A stretch of 64,000 nucleotides of DNA from contig NW_002060959.1 of NCBI RefSeq assembly GCF_000150275.1, positions 926,675 through 990,674 on the forward strand. The letters are read 5' to 3'. This stretch comes from Trichoplax adhaerens. Taxonomy: Eukaryota; Animalia; Placozoa. The position numbers and the translations under genes are program-made. The notes under the pieces are model-generated. The model was not told where the DNA came from, ran no database searches, and saw only the letters and a program-made list of their open reading frames with translations. Shown here in pieces: positions 25,156 to 40,000 of this stretch. Each line of letters opens with the position of its first letter. Position 1 is the first letter of the stretch.

Positions 25156-27651
25156 ATGGCAACTAATGCCGATTTGAATATTGACCAACGTATTGAAAAG
25201 AGACAGCCCATAAATCCCCAATCGAGAAGGCGAAAAATACTAGCAAATGCAAGCAATCGATTAAATTTTATATTAGGGGGTGAAAAACCGTCGACTGCAT
25301 GCGATCATATCACTCAACCTGCTGGTAAGAGTCATTCATCAGCTGACGTTGCATCCAAGGCAACTGATTTATTACAGCAAGATAAATTGAATCAAAGCCA
25401 AAATGAAATTCCAAATTTAACTCAAGATAATAATGGTACTGGCAATGTTAGCCATGATACAGTTACTAAAGAATCACCGAGTTCTATTCATGATCAATGG
25501 CTAGAGATGAAGAGAAAATCATCAGCATCTTTTGCTTTGCCTTGGACTGGCTTGATTCATGTCTGTCTGATAGTGGGTACTGCATGCCTCGTCGCATTGG
25601 TCAAGTTGCATTATTTTGATAATTTCTTACAACACTATTTAGATAAGGTAAGAATACAACTTGATAGCTTCATCATCATGCCATCTTTATTGCACGATGA
25701 TAGTAGGATGCATTGCATCAGCCGCAATATCTGATTGATCATTGCGTTAACTACATCCAATTAGATCGAGGTACAGCATTCTAGACAGTAAATTACTCCT
25801 TGATTATAAAGGCCGTAATAATGCAGTCCGAGTATACCTGAAGGGTATCAATCCTACCAGGTTGGATCGATTAGATATTAATGCAATAGATATCTACCTC
25901 AATAATTCTCCATTTCTTAGAGTCACTGATGTTCGTATTTCAATGCTAAATTTGATTCCAATATTATCTTTCTTAAGTTTTATATTCCTCGAAAAATTGT
26001 GTGAGTTCTGCTTGTTACTACCAGCTGTGGTGTGTGGTCATTTCTGACAACATCTAGCTCTGATATCGTATCATAAAATAGTCTCTATTGATGTAGTTGA
26101 TTAGCTGTAGTAAAAGCAAAATATTATTCTATTCCTCTTCTTTTACTGAAACTGCTTACAAGTTCATCCCCAAAATCAAGTCCATGACTACCCACCAAGT
26201 TTAGCTTAAAGTATTGACATTTGTAGAGGAAAATTGCTATTCTACAAAATGTCCACTACTGTAAACTGAAATATTGTGGTCATTTGCTCGATTTTTCAGA
26301 TACCTTAATTTAAATAACCTTATTTCCAAGTTATTAAAATATACAGCATTCAAAAGTTGAGAGGACTCGTTCAATATTTTTCACCTCAAATAAGATATCG
26401 GTGTAAGCTTAAATTAATACCTACAGTATGTCTTATTTCAAAACTTGATTATTCAAAGTATAAGCTGTATGTATAGATTATGAACTTTAATTTGAAATAA
26501 GACAGTCTTTTCTAATCTACGTGCCTATCCTGGATTTTGAACGGCTAAACAAGATACTATTTGAGTATCATTTTGCTCCATTTTAGAATATATCTTCGGG
26601 GTGTTGTTTGTAACTTGATATATGCGCGTATACAGTACATCTGCATACCTGTGATCAAAGGAATTTTTTTTATCACTGGTTTACCGTCTAGCATTTCACT
26701 ATTTGTACATTTCTAGTCTTAGAAAATTTTCAGCTGCACTTATTATAGTTGTATAAACGATGCTATTGTCTATTAGTTACAGAAGATAAAGATGACATTA
26801 CATCATTTGTAAATAGTTAGTATCAACTAGGTGACTAAAACATACAGATTATGCGTACAGGTGCAGCTGTTTTTTTGTAATTAACGTTCGAGATAAGTTG
26901 ATGTTTATCGTTCGATTAATGAGCTATTGAGTTAAGTGGTTGCTCCAGAAGGATATCTTTTCTATTCTGGGAAAAAACGTTGTTGCTATTTTTATCGTAT
27001 TTTGTTTATCTTTGAAGATAGTTTGCCTATTAATAGCTAATAACACCAGATTCAATGCTTTTTACTATAGCCTATCATTCTTCCCTTTCTTGTGCTAACG
27101 TTTCTACTGGTACTAATGGATTATGTTGCATCGGTAAGATTAATATATGTGCAAATATGTGTAGCTATCAATTCTACTGAACTTAGTTATATTACAATTC
27201 GTGTACGATGTATCTGGTGTAGTTGTCTTAATATTAGAATTTTCGTGATATAGCCTAAATTTGTGGTAATTGATCTTCTTTGTTTGAATTTTAACTTATA
27301 ATAGAAAGGTGAACAGTCTACCTGGCAATTGGTAGCGAAATACTGTCTGAAACTATTTAAATATTATTCACTATATCTATTTGTATTTGTTATAGTTTGT
27401 TCATTACATCAAGGTAATTACAACAAAAGATAGTTGAGAATTCATCACTCTCTGAAGACGTAACCTTTCTACAATGATTCAATATTTACAGACTGATCTA
27501 ATATCATTTGTGCGATGTAACCCGTAGAGGCCTACATGATCTATTCATTTAATTTAAAAATTATCTTTATGCGCTATAAAAGACGAATAGACCAGATATA
27601 GAAGGCGCTCCAAGTAGTAAAGTAATAGCAACTAATGGAAGACCTTTATAA
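25156..27651 (+). CDS. CAMLG: CAML/GET2-like tail-anchored-protein receptor (3' exon structure tentative)
   Basis: N-terminal SRRRKILANASNRLNFILG resembles the CAML/Get2 RRRK(L/I)L..S..R...I.G motif. It is followed by a disordered linker and hydrophobic segments (GLIHVCLIVGTACLVALV; exon 27071-27133 PIILPFLVLTFLLVLM). Small downstream exons were inferred from splice signals only. Confidence 0.55.
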
Positions 27652-29216
27652 ATGGTATGACGTTGTTACTGTTTCTATTTTGTTTCCGTTTGTAATACAA
27701 ATTAACACCGGCTATTTTAATGTTTGGACCACTTATGAAGTGTTCGTTCAACGTCAGTTGTATACCGGTTTACGAGTAGATGATCGCCGTCTAATGGATT
27801 ATATACTTTATTCCGAACGAATTATTGAAGATAGAATAGATCGCATTCATATCTATTTTAGCGAACGCGATATAAGTTGATACATACGAGTGCATGTGTA
27901 AGGGTATGATTAATTCTCTTAATACTGCACTAAACTTTATATCCCGTCACTAACGTATGTCATTTAACAACAAAACAAGATTTGAAGGCCTTTCTATTTC
28001 TTGACCAGATGATAATAAAAATTTTATCCACTACGTTTGTAGTTGAATTTATTAAACCATATTCCAGCACGACTGTAAAGATTCCTGTTACAAAAGCCTG
28101 CCATGCTTTGGCATCCCTTTGATGGGAAAGTATTCTCCTCTCCTCAAGTCGTGATGAGGTTGGAAGGTTAAAATTATTGTTGTATGGAAATCATCGATTG
28201 GCTTGCATGCTGTTGCAAAAGTACGTTCGCATTTGTTGCGAGCACTATTTATATAATTAGGTATATACGGTAGTAGAATCACGAGCATTTTTAAGTTGAT
28301 TTCATCCCTTCACTTGGAATTGATATGAACTCTTCTTTCGTCTTCAAAGAGCGTCCAAAATGAGCTGGAAAGCTACCCCTTTAACGCTTGGTTGAGCGAC
28401 CACGAAAGCTGAATGAAAAGGCGTAGTACAGCACTGTGTGTATCGTTAGGCACTATGGTGTCCAATTTTTGTTAACAACTTGATATGAGAAGCTGTTTCT
28501 TCTCTTAAAATCAAAGTAAATAGCAAACACTGGATGTTTACTGAAGTGAAAGCTCTACAAATGGGATAATCCAGTCAAAAAGTAATAAAAAGTGACCTAC
28601 AGGAAGTAAATTACTTATTGTTTTTGTCAGACGTAGCACGTGCCATATGCGTAACGAAACGGAGCTGGCACGTCTCACTCATGAGCGAGTGATGATGCTA
28701 CTCATCACGCGAGTATGAACTCAGAAGGATCTGAACTGGGAAGTAAAATTTTCAAGTTTTTATACGGCGGTGTAAATTACTTCAAGTATGGGGCAAATTT
28801 TGGATTGCATTCGTTCGGCCTGATTGTCCGTACAGTGTACAGTCAGGTCAGTACAGTACACACTGTAGCACAGCAATGTAGTGATTTACTGTACTGTATT
28901 TCCGAAAGATGTCGCCAGTCAAAGCTGCGATTAGTACAATAATACTATACAATATACAGTACCCCCTTTTCCAAGCGGCTACTCAAGTCAAAATGTTGTC
29001 CTTTTTCCACCGTCTCCACTCCTAAAGGTACTGTAGGAACGGAGTAGAAAGTATCAGCCTCGTCATTGTCTCTACAGTACTGTAGAACCGTTCGTAGTGG
29101 CTGGTAAGAGAGAGAGTAAAGGAGACGCTGGATAAGTGGTCAATATTGTTGCTCGAGTAGCCTTTGCTTTTACAAGCCTTTGTGGTGACATCTATTTTAC
29201 ACCAGCAAAGAGTTTG

Positions 29217-29233
29217 CCCCCCCCCCCCCCCCC
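29217..29233. repeat. Poly-C tract upstream of FDPS
   Basis: Run of about 17 C in an otherwise AT-rich sequence. Confidence 0.85.
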
Positions 29234-29584
29234 TATCGGATGCTGACAGCACTGACCCGAACTGACGCATCATCTGCGGCAGATCGTCATACCATGTGGA
29301 CTGCGCAGTACAGCTACTAATCTGCCACTGGATTACGCACTGATCATAGTAGCGCAAAACTTAGCTAAACGATACAGCTTTAATATACGGTACAGCAAGA
29401 TCTTCTCCGCTTGGCAGACTGCAAGAATTGAGCCGAATAAAACCCTGGCCTATCGTCGATGACAATCGTCTTCAAGGGCGGGTGTCAGGTCGAGGCGGGT
29501 CACGTCATTAGGAGGTCAACCAGCGTCACCTTGATCACTTTCATCCAAGCAAATCATTGAGAATTTTCCATTTCACAGAGCAAA

Positions 29585-32500
29585 ATGGCCGATGCTAAAA
29601 AGCCAAAATTAGGCGATAATGATGCTACTTTATTCGACCAGCTCTTTCCACAACTCGTCACCGAATTAACTGAAGATGGTCTAGCTAATGATCAAACTGT
29701 CGATGCAATTCAATGGATGAAAAAGGTACTGTAGTCTTGTCTTACCATAAGTTGCTTTGAATGGATTTTTCCGCTAAGATAGCAAGGATAGTTGACTGAG
29801 AGAAATTGGAAGATATAGAGCAATGTAGGATAATGGATTTGACTAAGGACTTTCTATACAGCCCATGGAGCTCTATCGAGTACGAATAGATAGGATATTT
29901 ATATATAAGAAATGGTTCAAGGAAAGAGAATCAAGTTACAAGTGCTCGCACATTGGCAATGACAAGTGGAAAAACAAGCTACACTAGAGTAAAAATTCTC
30001 ATCAAACATTGTCTATGCACATAGTCTCTAACACTTGCAAACGACGGATATACTCGTATATAGTATTCGTATACAGTAATACTAAACAATGATTTAGTAT
30101 AACTTGGCTGCTGAGCAGCCTGAGCATTTTCTCCAATCTAGGCAATGTATGTAGACGATAATAAGCACAAGTATACAGTACTTGTATAAAGTACTTTTCA
30201 ACAAGCACTTGTATGCAATAGTAACCTAGCACGACATTGCTTCTTTCGCACTAAGTCTGATCTTAGCAATGGATCAGCAGTTTATCTCACAACATTAAAA
30301 TATTATTATATCCGTTAAAGCAATCTTGTAGGCGATATTACTCTGAGTATACAATTTTGCTTGCAATCGTTGTACACAAATGACGATATACTACAGTAGG
30401 ACTTTGTTGCCTACAACCTTGCTCATATCTTAGCAACTTCTCTCATGCTGTCTATTTTTACTATTGTAATAGAAAATAGAGGATTATGATACTTTCTATT
30501 ACTAATATTTATCTATTATATTGATATTTTAACTTAATTTTGTCTTACCCTGGGATCGATGACAGTCGCTAGAGTGCAATGTCCCTGGAGGTAAGCCAGT
30601 TTTACAACATTATTAATACATGAACCAATCCAAATGTCATCAAAGTCTATTACTATATAGTAATGTAACATCTCCATTGACCTCTATGACTCTCGGTAAA
30701 TGGTAAAGTCAACTAAATAAGTCCACATACAGTATATCGTATTGCTCGGATAGATAGTATCAGTACTATGCCTTTCAAAATAGGTTATCAATGATTACGT
30801 ACTGTGTAATGATAGACACGTTTTTAAATTGAGTAAACATCGAGTGGTTTATATAATCGATTGTCATAATTTGGTAGTTTTATATAATCTATCGTTTATT
30901 TACAATTCAATCAATCAATGTGAACTATCTTGGCGATAGCTTTATTCCATCGTAGAGTTTTAAAGATTGTACTTTAGTAATATAGCTATGATAATCAAGT
31001 AAGTAGTGTATAATTCTGTCGGCTTCATGGCTTGTCCTGACTATTATCTTAGGCAAACGCAATCGTGGACTATCAGTTATTGCTACGGCAAGGTTACTAG
31101 TTGCTCCGCAAGAACTATCCGATGAAGATATTAAGGGAGCCTTAATACTAGGATGGTGTGTGGAATTCGTAAGTACAATAACACTGAAAATGCAACAGCT
31201 ATTAATTAATGATCTGCAATACCTCTCTAGTCGTATTTGCATTCAGCATTGAAGTATAAACTTTATTTCATTCTCCAAAGTCTTGGCTATCAATAAGTAC
31301 AGTATTTATAGTCATCTTTTAAAGAAGCTTTAAGAATCACATATCCCTTTTCATTGACAGTTACAAGCATTTTTTCTTGTTGCTGACGATATTATGGATG
31401 ATTCAGTTACACGTCGTGGTCAGCCATGCTGGTTTAGGAATGTAAGAGTTGGAAATATAGGATTCCTATATCATTCTAGTAATATTTTATTTATAACTCT
31501 CCGTACTTATAATCGGAAAGTAATTATTTATTAAATTTTCTCTCTAGCCTGAAATTGGTACAATTGCTATCAACGATTCCTTCATGATCGAATCATGTAT
31601 CTATAAGTTACTCAAGAAATACTTTCGTAGTCAACCTTATTATGCGGATCTTCTGGATTTAATGCATGAAGTTAGTTTCTACGTAGTAGATAAAATGAAG
31701 CTTAAAAAATTTACTCTACCGAACCTAACTATTATACCTTTCCTTCATCAGACAACCTACGATACAGAAGTTGGACAGACTCTTGATTTAATTACAGCAC
31801 CCAGCTATGTAGATTTTTCTAGATTTTCAATCGAAAGGTATAGCTGCTTAAAAGTCATTTACGATTAATTGATTGCATCAAGTATCATGAAACCACGTAG
31901 TCATTCTTATTGCAATACTACAGTACAATTGAGAATTTGATCTATACAGTTACTATACCTTTGAGCCTTGATTTATTACTGATGCTTCTCTCATACATTC
32001 TTTTTATAATTAATGAGTAACTAAATAACTTATGTAAATTTTAACGCATTTTTAACCCAAAATATATATCTTTTTACCCTGACCGCATTACAATCAATAT
32101 TGCATTCAAAAATTAAATCATTTATTACTGCTGGCTGGCTGGCTGGCTGGCAGTAATATGTAATACAACAATTAATTGATTTATACCAGTATAAGTAATT
32201 AATTTTTTCATTTAACCTATTTTCAGGTATAGGGCAATTGTAAAGTATAAAACTGCAATTTATTCCTTTTATTTACCTGTTGCATTAGCTATGACCATGG
32301 TAAGCTCACAACAATAGTTCTTTCGGCCAACTTTTTTCTGCATTATTAGTAATCATGCCATAAAATTTATTGAATACATCACTCTAGACAAAGAACAATA
32401 GCGAAGTCGATTATCAAGATGCTCGTCAAGTTCTAATGCAGATGGGAGAATATTTCCAAATTCAGGTTTGCTTTTGTTATAGCTTCTGCTTAGTATTATT

Positions 32501-33038
32501 TTCGTAGCCTGGTGTATATCTTGAATGACATCAACATTTCGCCGATTGTTGCATGCATTAAATAAAGTCCAATATAATATCTATCAATTTTACAGGACGA
32601 CTTTCTTGACTGCTTTGGAGATCCGAAAATAACCGGTAAAATTGGTACTGATATTGAAGACAATAAATGTTCTTGGTTGGTTGTACAAGCACTGTCCATT
32701 GCATCAGAAGAACAGAAAAAAGTCTTACAGGTTGTCATCTTTGTAACTCAAATTGAAGTAAAAATCAAACACTCTTGTTCCTTACAAAGCATCCGTTTTT
32801 TCACGGTATAACCCTTCAATTTTTTTTAAATTAATAGGATAATTATGCAAAAAATGATCAAGTAGCAGTGCAAAAAGTCAAAGACCTATATAATGAGCTA
32901 AATCTCAAGCAGAGGTATAATGATTATGAAGAGCAGAGTTATACAACTCTATCTGAAGGCATAAACAAAATTGCCAATCAGGATTTAGCTAAAGCACTTC
33001 ATGTATTTGCCAAGCGCATTTATAAGCGCAAGGCATAG
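29585..33038 (+). CDS. FDPS: Farnesyl diphosphate synthase, multi-exon
   Basis: NVPGG|KRNRGL, GWCVEF|[24 protein letters not shown] (FARM), [24 protein letters not shown]|[24 protein letters not shown] (SARM), and C-terminus RIYKRKA*. Confidence 0.97.
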
Positions 33039-34008
33039 TACTAGTGTCTATTCTATTACTCTTGCATGTTTTGGCTTAAAATATGTGATTTGTTGCACCA
33101 AATCATTGGATGACTCAGAATACCGTTCAATTCTAGCGACGATAATACGTACTACACGATAGCATTAGTTTTAGTTTTCATTGCAGTTACCTGGTTAAAG
33201 CAAGAAGAGTTCAATTATATTTATCAATAAACATCAAAGAATCATGTATCAATCATACTGCACTACTAAATATCGGATGCATTTATTAATTTAAGGTAAT
33301 AAATCGATGTGTCTTACTTACTTGTAGCCCAAGACTTTGAGCTATAAATATCATGCTATGAGAAGTACTGTGACAACTTTAAAACTTATTAGCTTTATGA
33401 GAAGTAGTTGTAATGTATGGTAGCGAGCGGATGGCTGCAAAATTGTATCAATTACTCAGAAAGTACCAAACGATCATCAAAATTACTTTTTTCCCTTTAT
33501 TGAGTTAGTAAAATGATCATCATATCAGTGTTTCAAAAAGATTCGTCGATTGATTGAAAAAATTACGAAAATACTAGTATATTGCTTAAATTATACTAAA
33601 GCTTGTTTTATTCACTATTTTAAATAGCTCATATTTTCTATGAGTCGGCTAAGCTATGCTGCTGCACACAATCCATGTAAATTTACTTAATAAGAATTAT
33701 AGTGATGGAAAATGACATTAAATCAGCGCACCAAAGCCCAAAATAATGTAAAATGTCAGCAATACTTATAACTACTAGTCAACAGATATTGATCCAGTTA
33801 ACTATTAGCCTTAATATAGAAGTAGATTGCGTATTACTGAATTTTTATACTATACATATGAATAATTCTTAATTATAATACAAGATTTAATGCGCCTGGA
33901 AGAGTAACAGGATATTGGATCTGTGTAACTAATTAACAACAGTAAATTTCGCCTTTTCAAGCGGAGAAGTCATATACAGTATAATGTAGGAATATTTCCC
34001 GATATCCA

Positions 34009-37000
34009 TTAATGATCTATTTGAACCAATGCTGGGAAAGTTTTCATGCGCAGCCTCTCCACTTCAGCCCTTAAGACAGCAACTTCTTGAGCTTGAATTT
34101 TAGCAACATCGACTAATTTGCGCCTAGTTGTGATTTCTTTCCTGCGTTTCTCACGTGTGATTTCAATATCACCTCCAGCTAATTTTAATCAAATATAAAA
34201 TTTTATTGTCAACATTATACTGTTTATTTCCTAAAATTGCTAATTCGTAATAAAGAATAATTTACTTACCATTAACATCGAAGATTGATTTCTTCTCTGT
34301 CAAGGAAAGCGATAATTCGTCTAGTTGATTAGTGACCGAATCATTTTCGGAACGCTTGGCTTTGACTAATTTTTGTAAGCGAGTAAACATTCGTTTACGC
34401 TCTTTTATTGTTTGCTCATGAGCCTATTCGTGGCATTTAAAAAAAATTCAGATAGTTAAACCCTTCAATCATGCTTTAAATGTTACACCAACGCAACTCG
34501 CAATATATGTGGAGGTCATTTAACCTAAGATAGATAGTGTTATCCCTATTACCCTAGTAAAATTTCCAATTCACAACTTACATGATGATATTTTGCTATA
34601 GTATTTTCCAGCATCTGGATCTCATGCTGATGAATTTGCTGATAATCCTCGTCACCAAGATACTAAATAGATATAGTGGAATATTTAATGCCTTTAGTTA
34701 ACAATTCTATTTTATTAAAAGTCATTTTATATTTATTACTTGTTGCAACTCCTTTGTAACACGCAAAAGTTGAATATCCTTGGTTTTAGTATGCAAATCT
34801 TCAATTTGCATTTTCATCTGTTTATGTTCCCTAAAATTTTAAATGAAAGTGCATTCAGCTAATGTTTATCAACTAGCCATTAATACCAGTAACATTGATT
34901 GCAAACGTACCACTCCAACGAATGGATATTCTTTCTAAAGTTCTTACAGTCATTCATAATGCTAACCTTAGCCTCACCTAAGAGCTATTTTAACGTAAAA
35001 TTCGAAATTGTTATATAAGACTTTAATTTATAAGTATGCAAAGAGCTAAGAAGTTACATTAATATAATAAAAAACTTTTCTGTAAATTTAAGCTTACACG
35101 AATAGTTGCATTTAAATCTTCAATTACAGATCGATGAATCAAGATACTATCAGAATAATCAGGGACAAAATCATCGCTATAAACTTCAACCTAAATCATG
35201 TGAAGATATTCAAAGATATTTAATAAATAATCTGTTTATAAAAAAAATGGTATCACTACTAAGTAATAAAGTAAGTCAAAATGAGCTACCTGGCCTTGCT
35301 TTAATAAGAACTGAATTGAAATATTGATCATGAACTTTACTTTCTCATCTTTAATTCTGTGAAAATTTTAGAAAATGATTTACTTTCAATGTATTGCAAT
35401 ATATAACCATACAAACGACTTTTTAATTCCTGACATCACATAAAAGTTTAAATGAAATAGTTCATGTTTATATTTCATGATAGCAATAAAGTCCCTGTAA
35501 TACGGTAAATCTATCAGGATATTTCTACAGATTACGATGTTTCAATTAGTGACCTATGCAGTATACGGTACCTCTTTAGGCTTCTAAGGATACTTTCAAT
35601 CTCTTCTCTCAAGTCATCATCTTCTTTAACACGCTTCTTCAAAAATTCTTCCATTTCGGCTAACGTCAAAGCTTTACTCTTAACCTATTGCCGCCATCAA
35701 TATATGCATTAGCATCAGACAGCTAACCAATAGTTTTTAGCACACTTATCAGAGTCTTCAGTTATAGTAGATTACCTCTTGCTCTATCTCAATTTTATTC
35801 CTACGATATTCGGTTAAACGCTCCCATATCAGAACATCTAACCCTTGTGGCATATGAGTTATGTCATCATAATCATCCAATGCTTTATAAAAGCCCGAAG
35901 AATATGCAAATCCTCCACCCTGTGAGCCTGGTGGATGAGCATATGGATTTTTTGTACTAGGCGACATAACAACTGGAGGATCATTGCACACCCTGACTAA
36001 ATTCTTTTGCCCCCTGATTTAAAAATGCATATAAATTAGAATATCATCTTTAAGATTACAATATTTCTAAATATATTAACTTACCTAGGTCGACGACGGA
36101 ATAATTTATGCAATGTATCCAAGTAGGGTTCAGTATCAGCAAATTCTTTACGAAATCCTTTATCCATGTTCTAAATAATATGGTAAGATTATATGATTAC
36201 TAATAGAAGAGTAGTTAAAGCAGCTAATTCTCAATATTGAAATATATAAATTAAAATTAAGTAGCCCTTTGAGACGCCACAATTCTTTTCTATATACCTT
36301 GTCATCGTTAACATATTTATCATATTCTTCATGGAATAAATCAACTTCGTGTTTAACATCAGTCAGCATGGCATGAGTTTGATTCTAAAGAATAAATTCG
36401 TATGGAAAACATTATATATATTCATCAAAAAAATAATGAAAAGCGATGATAAACACCAACCATATCATATTTATATGAGCAGTGTTCTTTGGATTATGAT
36501 TTACCTTCAGTTGTTTCTTGTATTCCAGCAATTTACTTAATTCAGACTCTTTCCTTTCCATAGAATCTTCCTCTAATAGCGACGAATATAACCGCAAACA
36601 TTTCAATTCTTCCTATAAATTTCATTTTTTAAAATATTCAGAGGAAAAGATTTTATTAATTGTACTAAGAACTACAGTATAAATCAACAAATTACGAAAT
36701 GCAATGCATTAACTTCTCGAAAAAATTTTCTTTATAAAATTCAGAAAATCTTTAGCTATACCTGACATATGACCATATCCGTATTTACTTTCTTTTCAAA
36801 TAGTTGAGCAATTCGATCATCGAATGCTTCACAAATGGAAGTCACATTAGTTTGTAATTTCTTTAATTCAGTTTCCAAAGCCTAATTTAAATAGTTAACG
36901 TGTATACCTTTGTGATTAAGTCATTACAATTATATGTTCATACAATAGAAAAAGAAAAGCATTGATTTGGTAACCGAAAGAGATACCCTAACTAAAGCTA

Positions 37001-40000
37001 GACAAGGAGTTTTAGAAGAATTTATCCATAGGCTGAGTGGTTAGCTTAATTAAATTTAAGTGCTAACCTTTTTATATTTCTCTCTTTCTTCTACAATAGA
37101 TTTCTCTTTTTTTTCAATCTCTTTGGCCATTCGAGCCTCCTCATCAGTCATTTGTTCTGGTGGTTTTTTCAAGAAATCTGGTCGAACAAATTCCTAATCA
37201 AAATGTAAAAATCGATTTAGAACTATCAAATTAATATTATCAATGCACTTCGCAATGACAGCTAAAATAATTAGTATTGTAGTTCATTGTAACTTTGACT
37301 GATCAAAAATCAAATTGAAATTAAGTCCTGAAATAAATTTTATAAAATATTCAATCGTTATTACGATTTATATAATAACCTTGAAAAGGTCCTCCTCTGG
37401 GTTAGCTTCCAATCTTCCACCCATCATCTGTTGCAAAGCTCGATCTCTAGGATTTTGCCCTTCCTCAGTAGCTTTTCTTGCTTCTTCTTCGCGTTTGATT
37501 CGATCTCTTATTTCTACTTCTTCTGGCGGTAAATACTTTTCGCCTTTAATCTAAGCAACCAACAGAATAAATATAGATAAGACTTTACCGCATTAGTATT
37601 TTTCAGGATAAATAAAATTTTAAAAAATTACATATCTAAGATTTATACAGCTACTGAAATTCACCTCGTGATCGTAAACTTTTAGTAACTCCTCAGGTTT
37701 TTCATCAATATGCATTTCTGGTTGAAAGATTTCTTCGTTCAATTTTAAATCTGATACTATTTTACTCATTCGCACGTTCTTCTCCTGTATCTTTTTGATT
37801 TCACTTGCTTTCGATTTCATTACTTCTTCGAAGTCTTCATTAAATTTGGCTTTAATATAATAGATGCTATCCTGCATAGTCGAATCCAATTGTAAAATTA
37901 TGCAATGATTTCAGCATTAGCTTGTACAAGGCACTGAAACTTACATAAGATTGTAAAATTATCATAAAATTTTAATAAAATAGATGGTATCCTGCGTAGT
38001 AGTATTCAATAGTATAATTATGTAATGATATCAGCATTAACTTGTACTATAATATAAGATCATCGTAAAACTTCAAAACGATCGGTGGCATCTTATAATT
38101 CATAAAGTCCATAGCAAAACTATGCAATGAATTTTAAAATAGCTTATACAAGAAACTGAAATTTATGTATCACTATATTGTAAAATCATCATAAAACTAT
38201 TACGATAAGATTCGACTACAAAATAAAGATGATTGCTAATTCTGTATTATACTGCTTCATTTTTTTTTGTAATATTCTACGCAACACCATTCAAATCGAA
38301 GAAATTGTGACTGGTTATCCCTTGAGAAATAGTATCAGGCAAAGCTACCGAATAGATATTTACGGTGAAATGTCTTTAATCCTAATTTATTAGATATTAA
38401 TGTGCTATTTGATCTTAATAAGTGTAAACATCTAAGAAATCATAATTATGACTTTTACTAATCATTAACTATTTATTAGAATTATTATAATAAGGATGTA
38501 ATCTTGCAGAAAAGAAAGTAGTGTTACTTGCCTTCGTGTCATAACTACATCACAAATTTTACAGATAAATGACATATATGCCACTAAACCATCACTGCGA
38601 TGAATACTGCACTGATTATTCGCTTTAATGCGGCATCTGACCCACCTTTATCAAAGTTATTTGATCGCGTTTTTCTTGCACCATATGCAATTGAAATTGA
38701 GAATATAAAAGTGGATTTCCTCCACCATAAGCAATTGCCCGACTGCCATGCAATGCAACGGAATCACCTTCATGCTGTAAATCATCCTTATTGTTTTCAT
38801 TAACTTCTTCCTCATCTGCTTTTTCAGCCGCCTATATTATGATTCCATATGATTTCAATTAAGATATCCAGTAAAATTCACAAATAGCTATATTGTGCTT
38901 ACCTCTGCAGTTAAGCTATTACTTGAATAGCCAATAATTTCTTTTTGCAGCTGCAAGAAAAATAAATGAAATTGTACCAGAATATTACAGCAATGCAACT
39001 GCTGGAAGTAATGAAATCGAGCTACAAGACTGTAATAATTTGCCTTCAAAAAAAGTGTAAATTACCGATGCTTCAGCAATTTCTATTTTACGTTGTAAAT
39101 TAACAAAAGCAATTTCGGCTAATTCAGTTTCCGTTCTTTTCCTCATTGGATAATTGCTTACCACCACATTGGATTTAAATGCCTATTATTATGTATCATG
39201 ATATTATTATCCCTTTATAAGTTCATTTTCAATTTCAGTAAATCTAAATTTCATATCTTTTATAGAAATTTGCTATATTAAGTTATAATACTAACATGTA
39301 TTGCTTTCCCATGTATTTCCATTTGATCCCAGCACTCGCTTTTAATTAATTGCTGGTGATACTTTTTGGCTACATTCTTTAATCTAATATCTTGTCTTAC
39401 CTACGGAATTATCCGTAATTTGCGAAATTAGCAGTTATAATTTATAGCGTATAAACAGAAAACTGATGGCGGTCTTAGTTGATGCAAGAACAAGTCTTGG
39501 ACGCTATCATGCTTCATTACCATTTCAACTTCTTTATCCGACTCTTCAATAAGTCTTTGCCTTTCCTCAACATCCAATGTAAATTCATAATTTTGTAATC
39601 GATCAATCTCGGGCATGTTTTCATTATTAATGATTAGCTCTTTCACCTATCATATGCAGCATAAATTACTTATTTCAATTCTTAAACTTTCAAATATCTA
39701 TTCTGATATATAAAGAATGGCAACATTTTTAGATGTTACTTGCTAGAAAAACGGTATCAAGAACTAATTCTATATGTTTTATACACGCAGTACCATACTG
39801 TACAATATGATGAACGCAGACTACTGTCAAAGAGTCGTAACGAAGAATATGATAAGTAAACCTCTATCAGGCGAAGACTTCTTACCTTTCTTTTCAAATC
39901 TCGTATTGCAACACGAATTGCTCGTTTTTCGTCACTATATTTTTTATCATCCGATCGTTGAGTCTAAAACAGAATCCATCAAAAGTATATTCCATCTTCA

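Noticed and set aside
28330-29400. GC-richer tracts inspected for tRNA or snRNA genes
   Set aside because: No cloverleaf, A/B boxes or recognisable snRNA sequence. They are better explained as promoter DNA.
151-33038. Apparent functional cluster of ER/lipid-anchor genes (CAAX protein, FDPS, PGAP3, STX18, CAMLG)
   Set aside because: Mixed orientations, separate promoters and unrelated genes in between. The grouping is plausible by chance in a gene-dense genome.
38520-38540. GCAAGT on the minus strand as a possible GC-AG donor in CFAP43
   Set aside because: The reading frame is completed by the GT donor near 38646, so this site is not needed.
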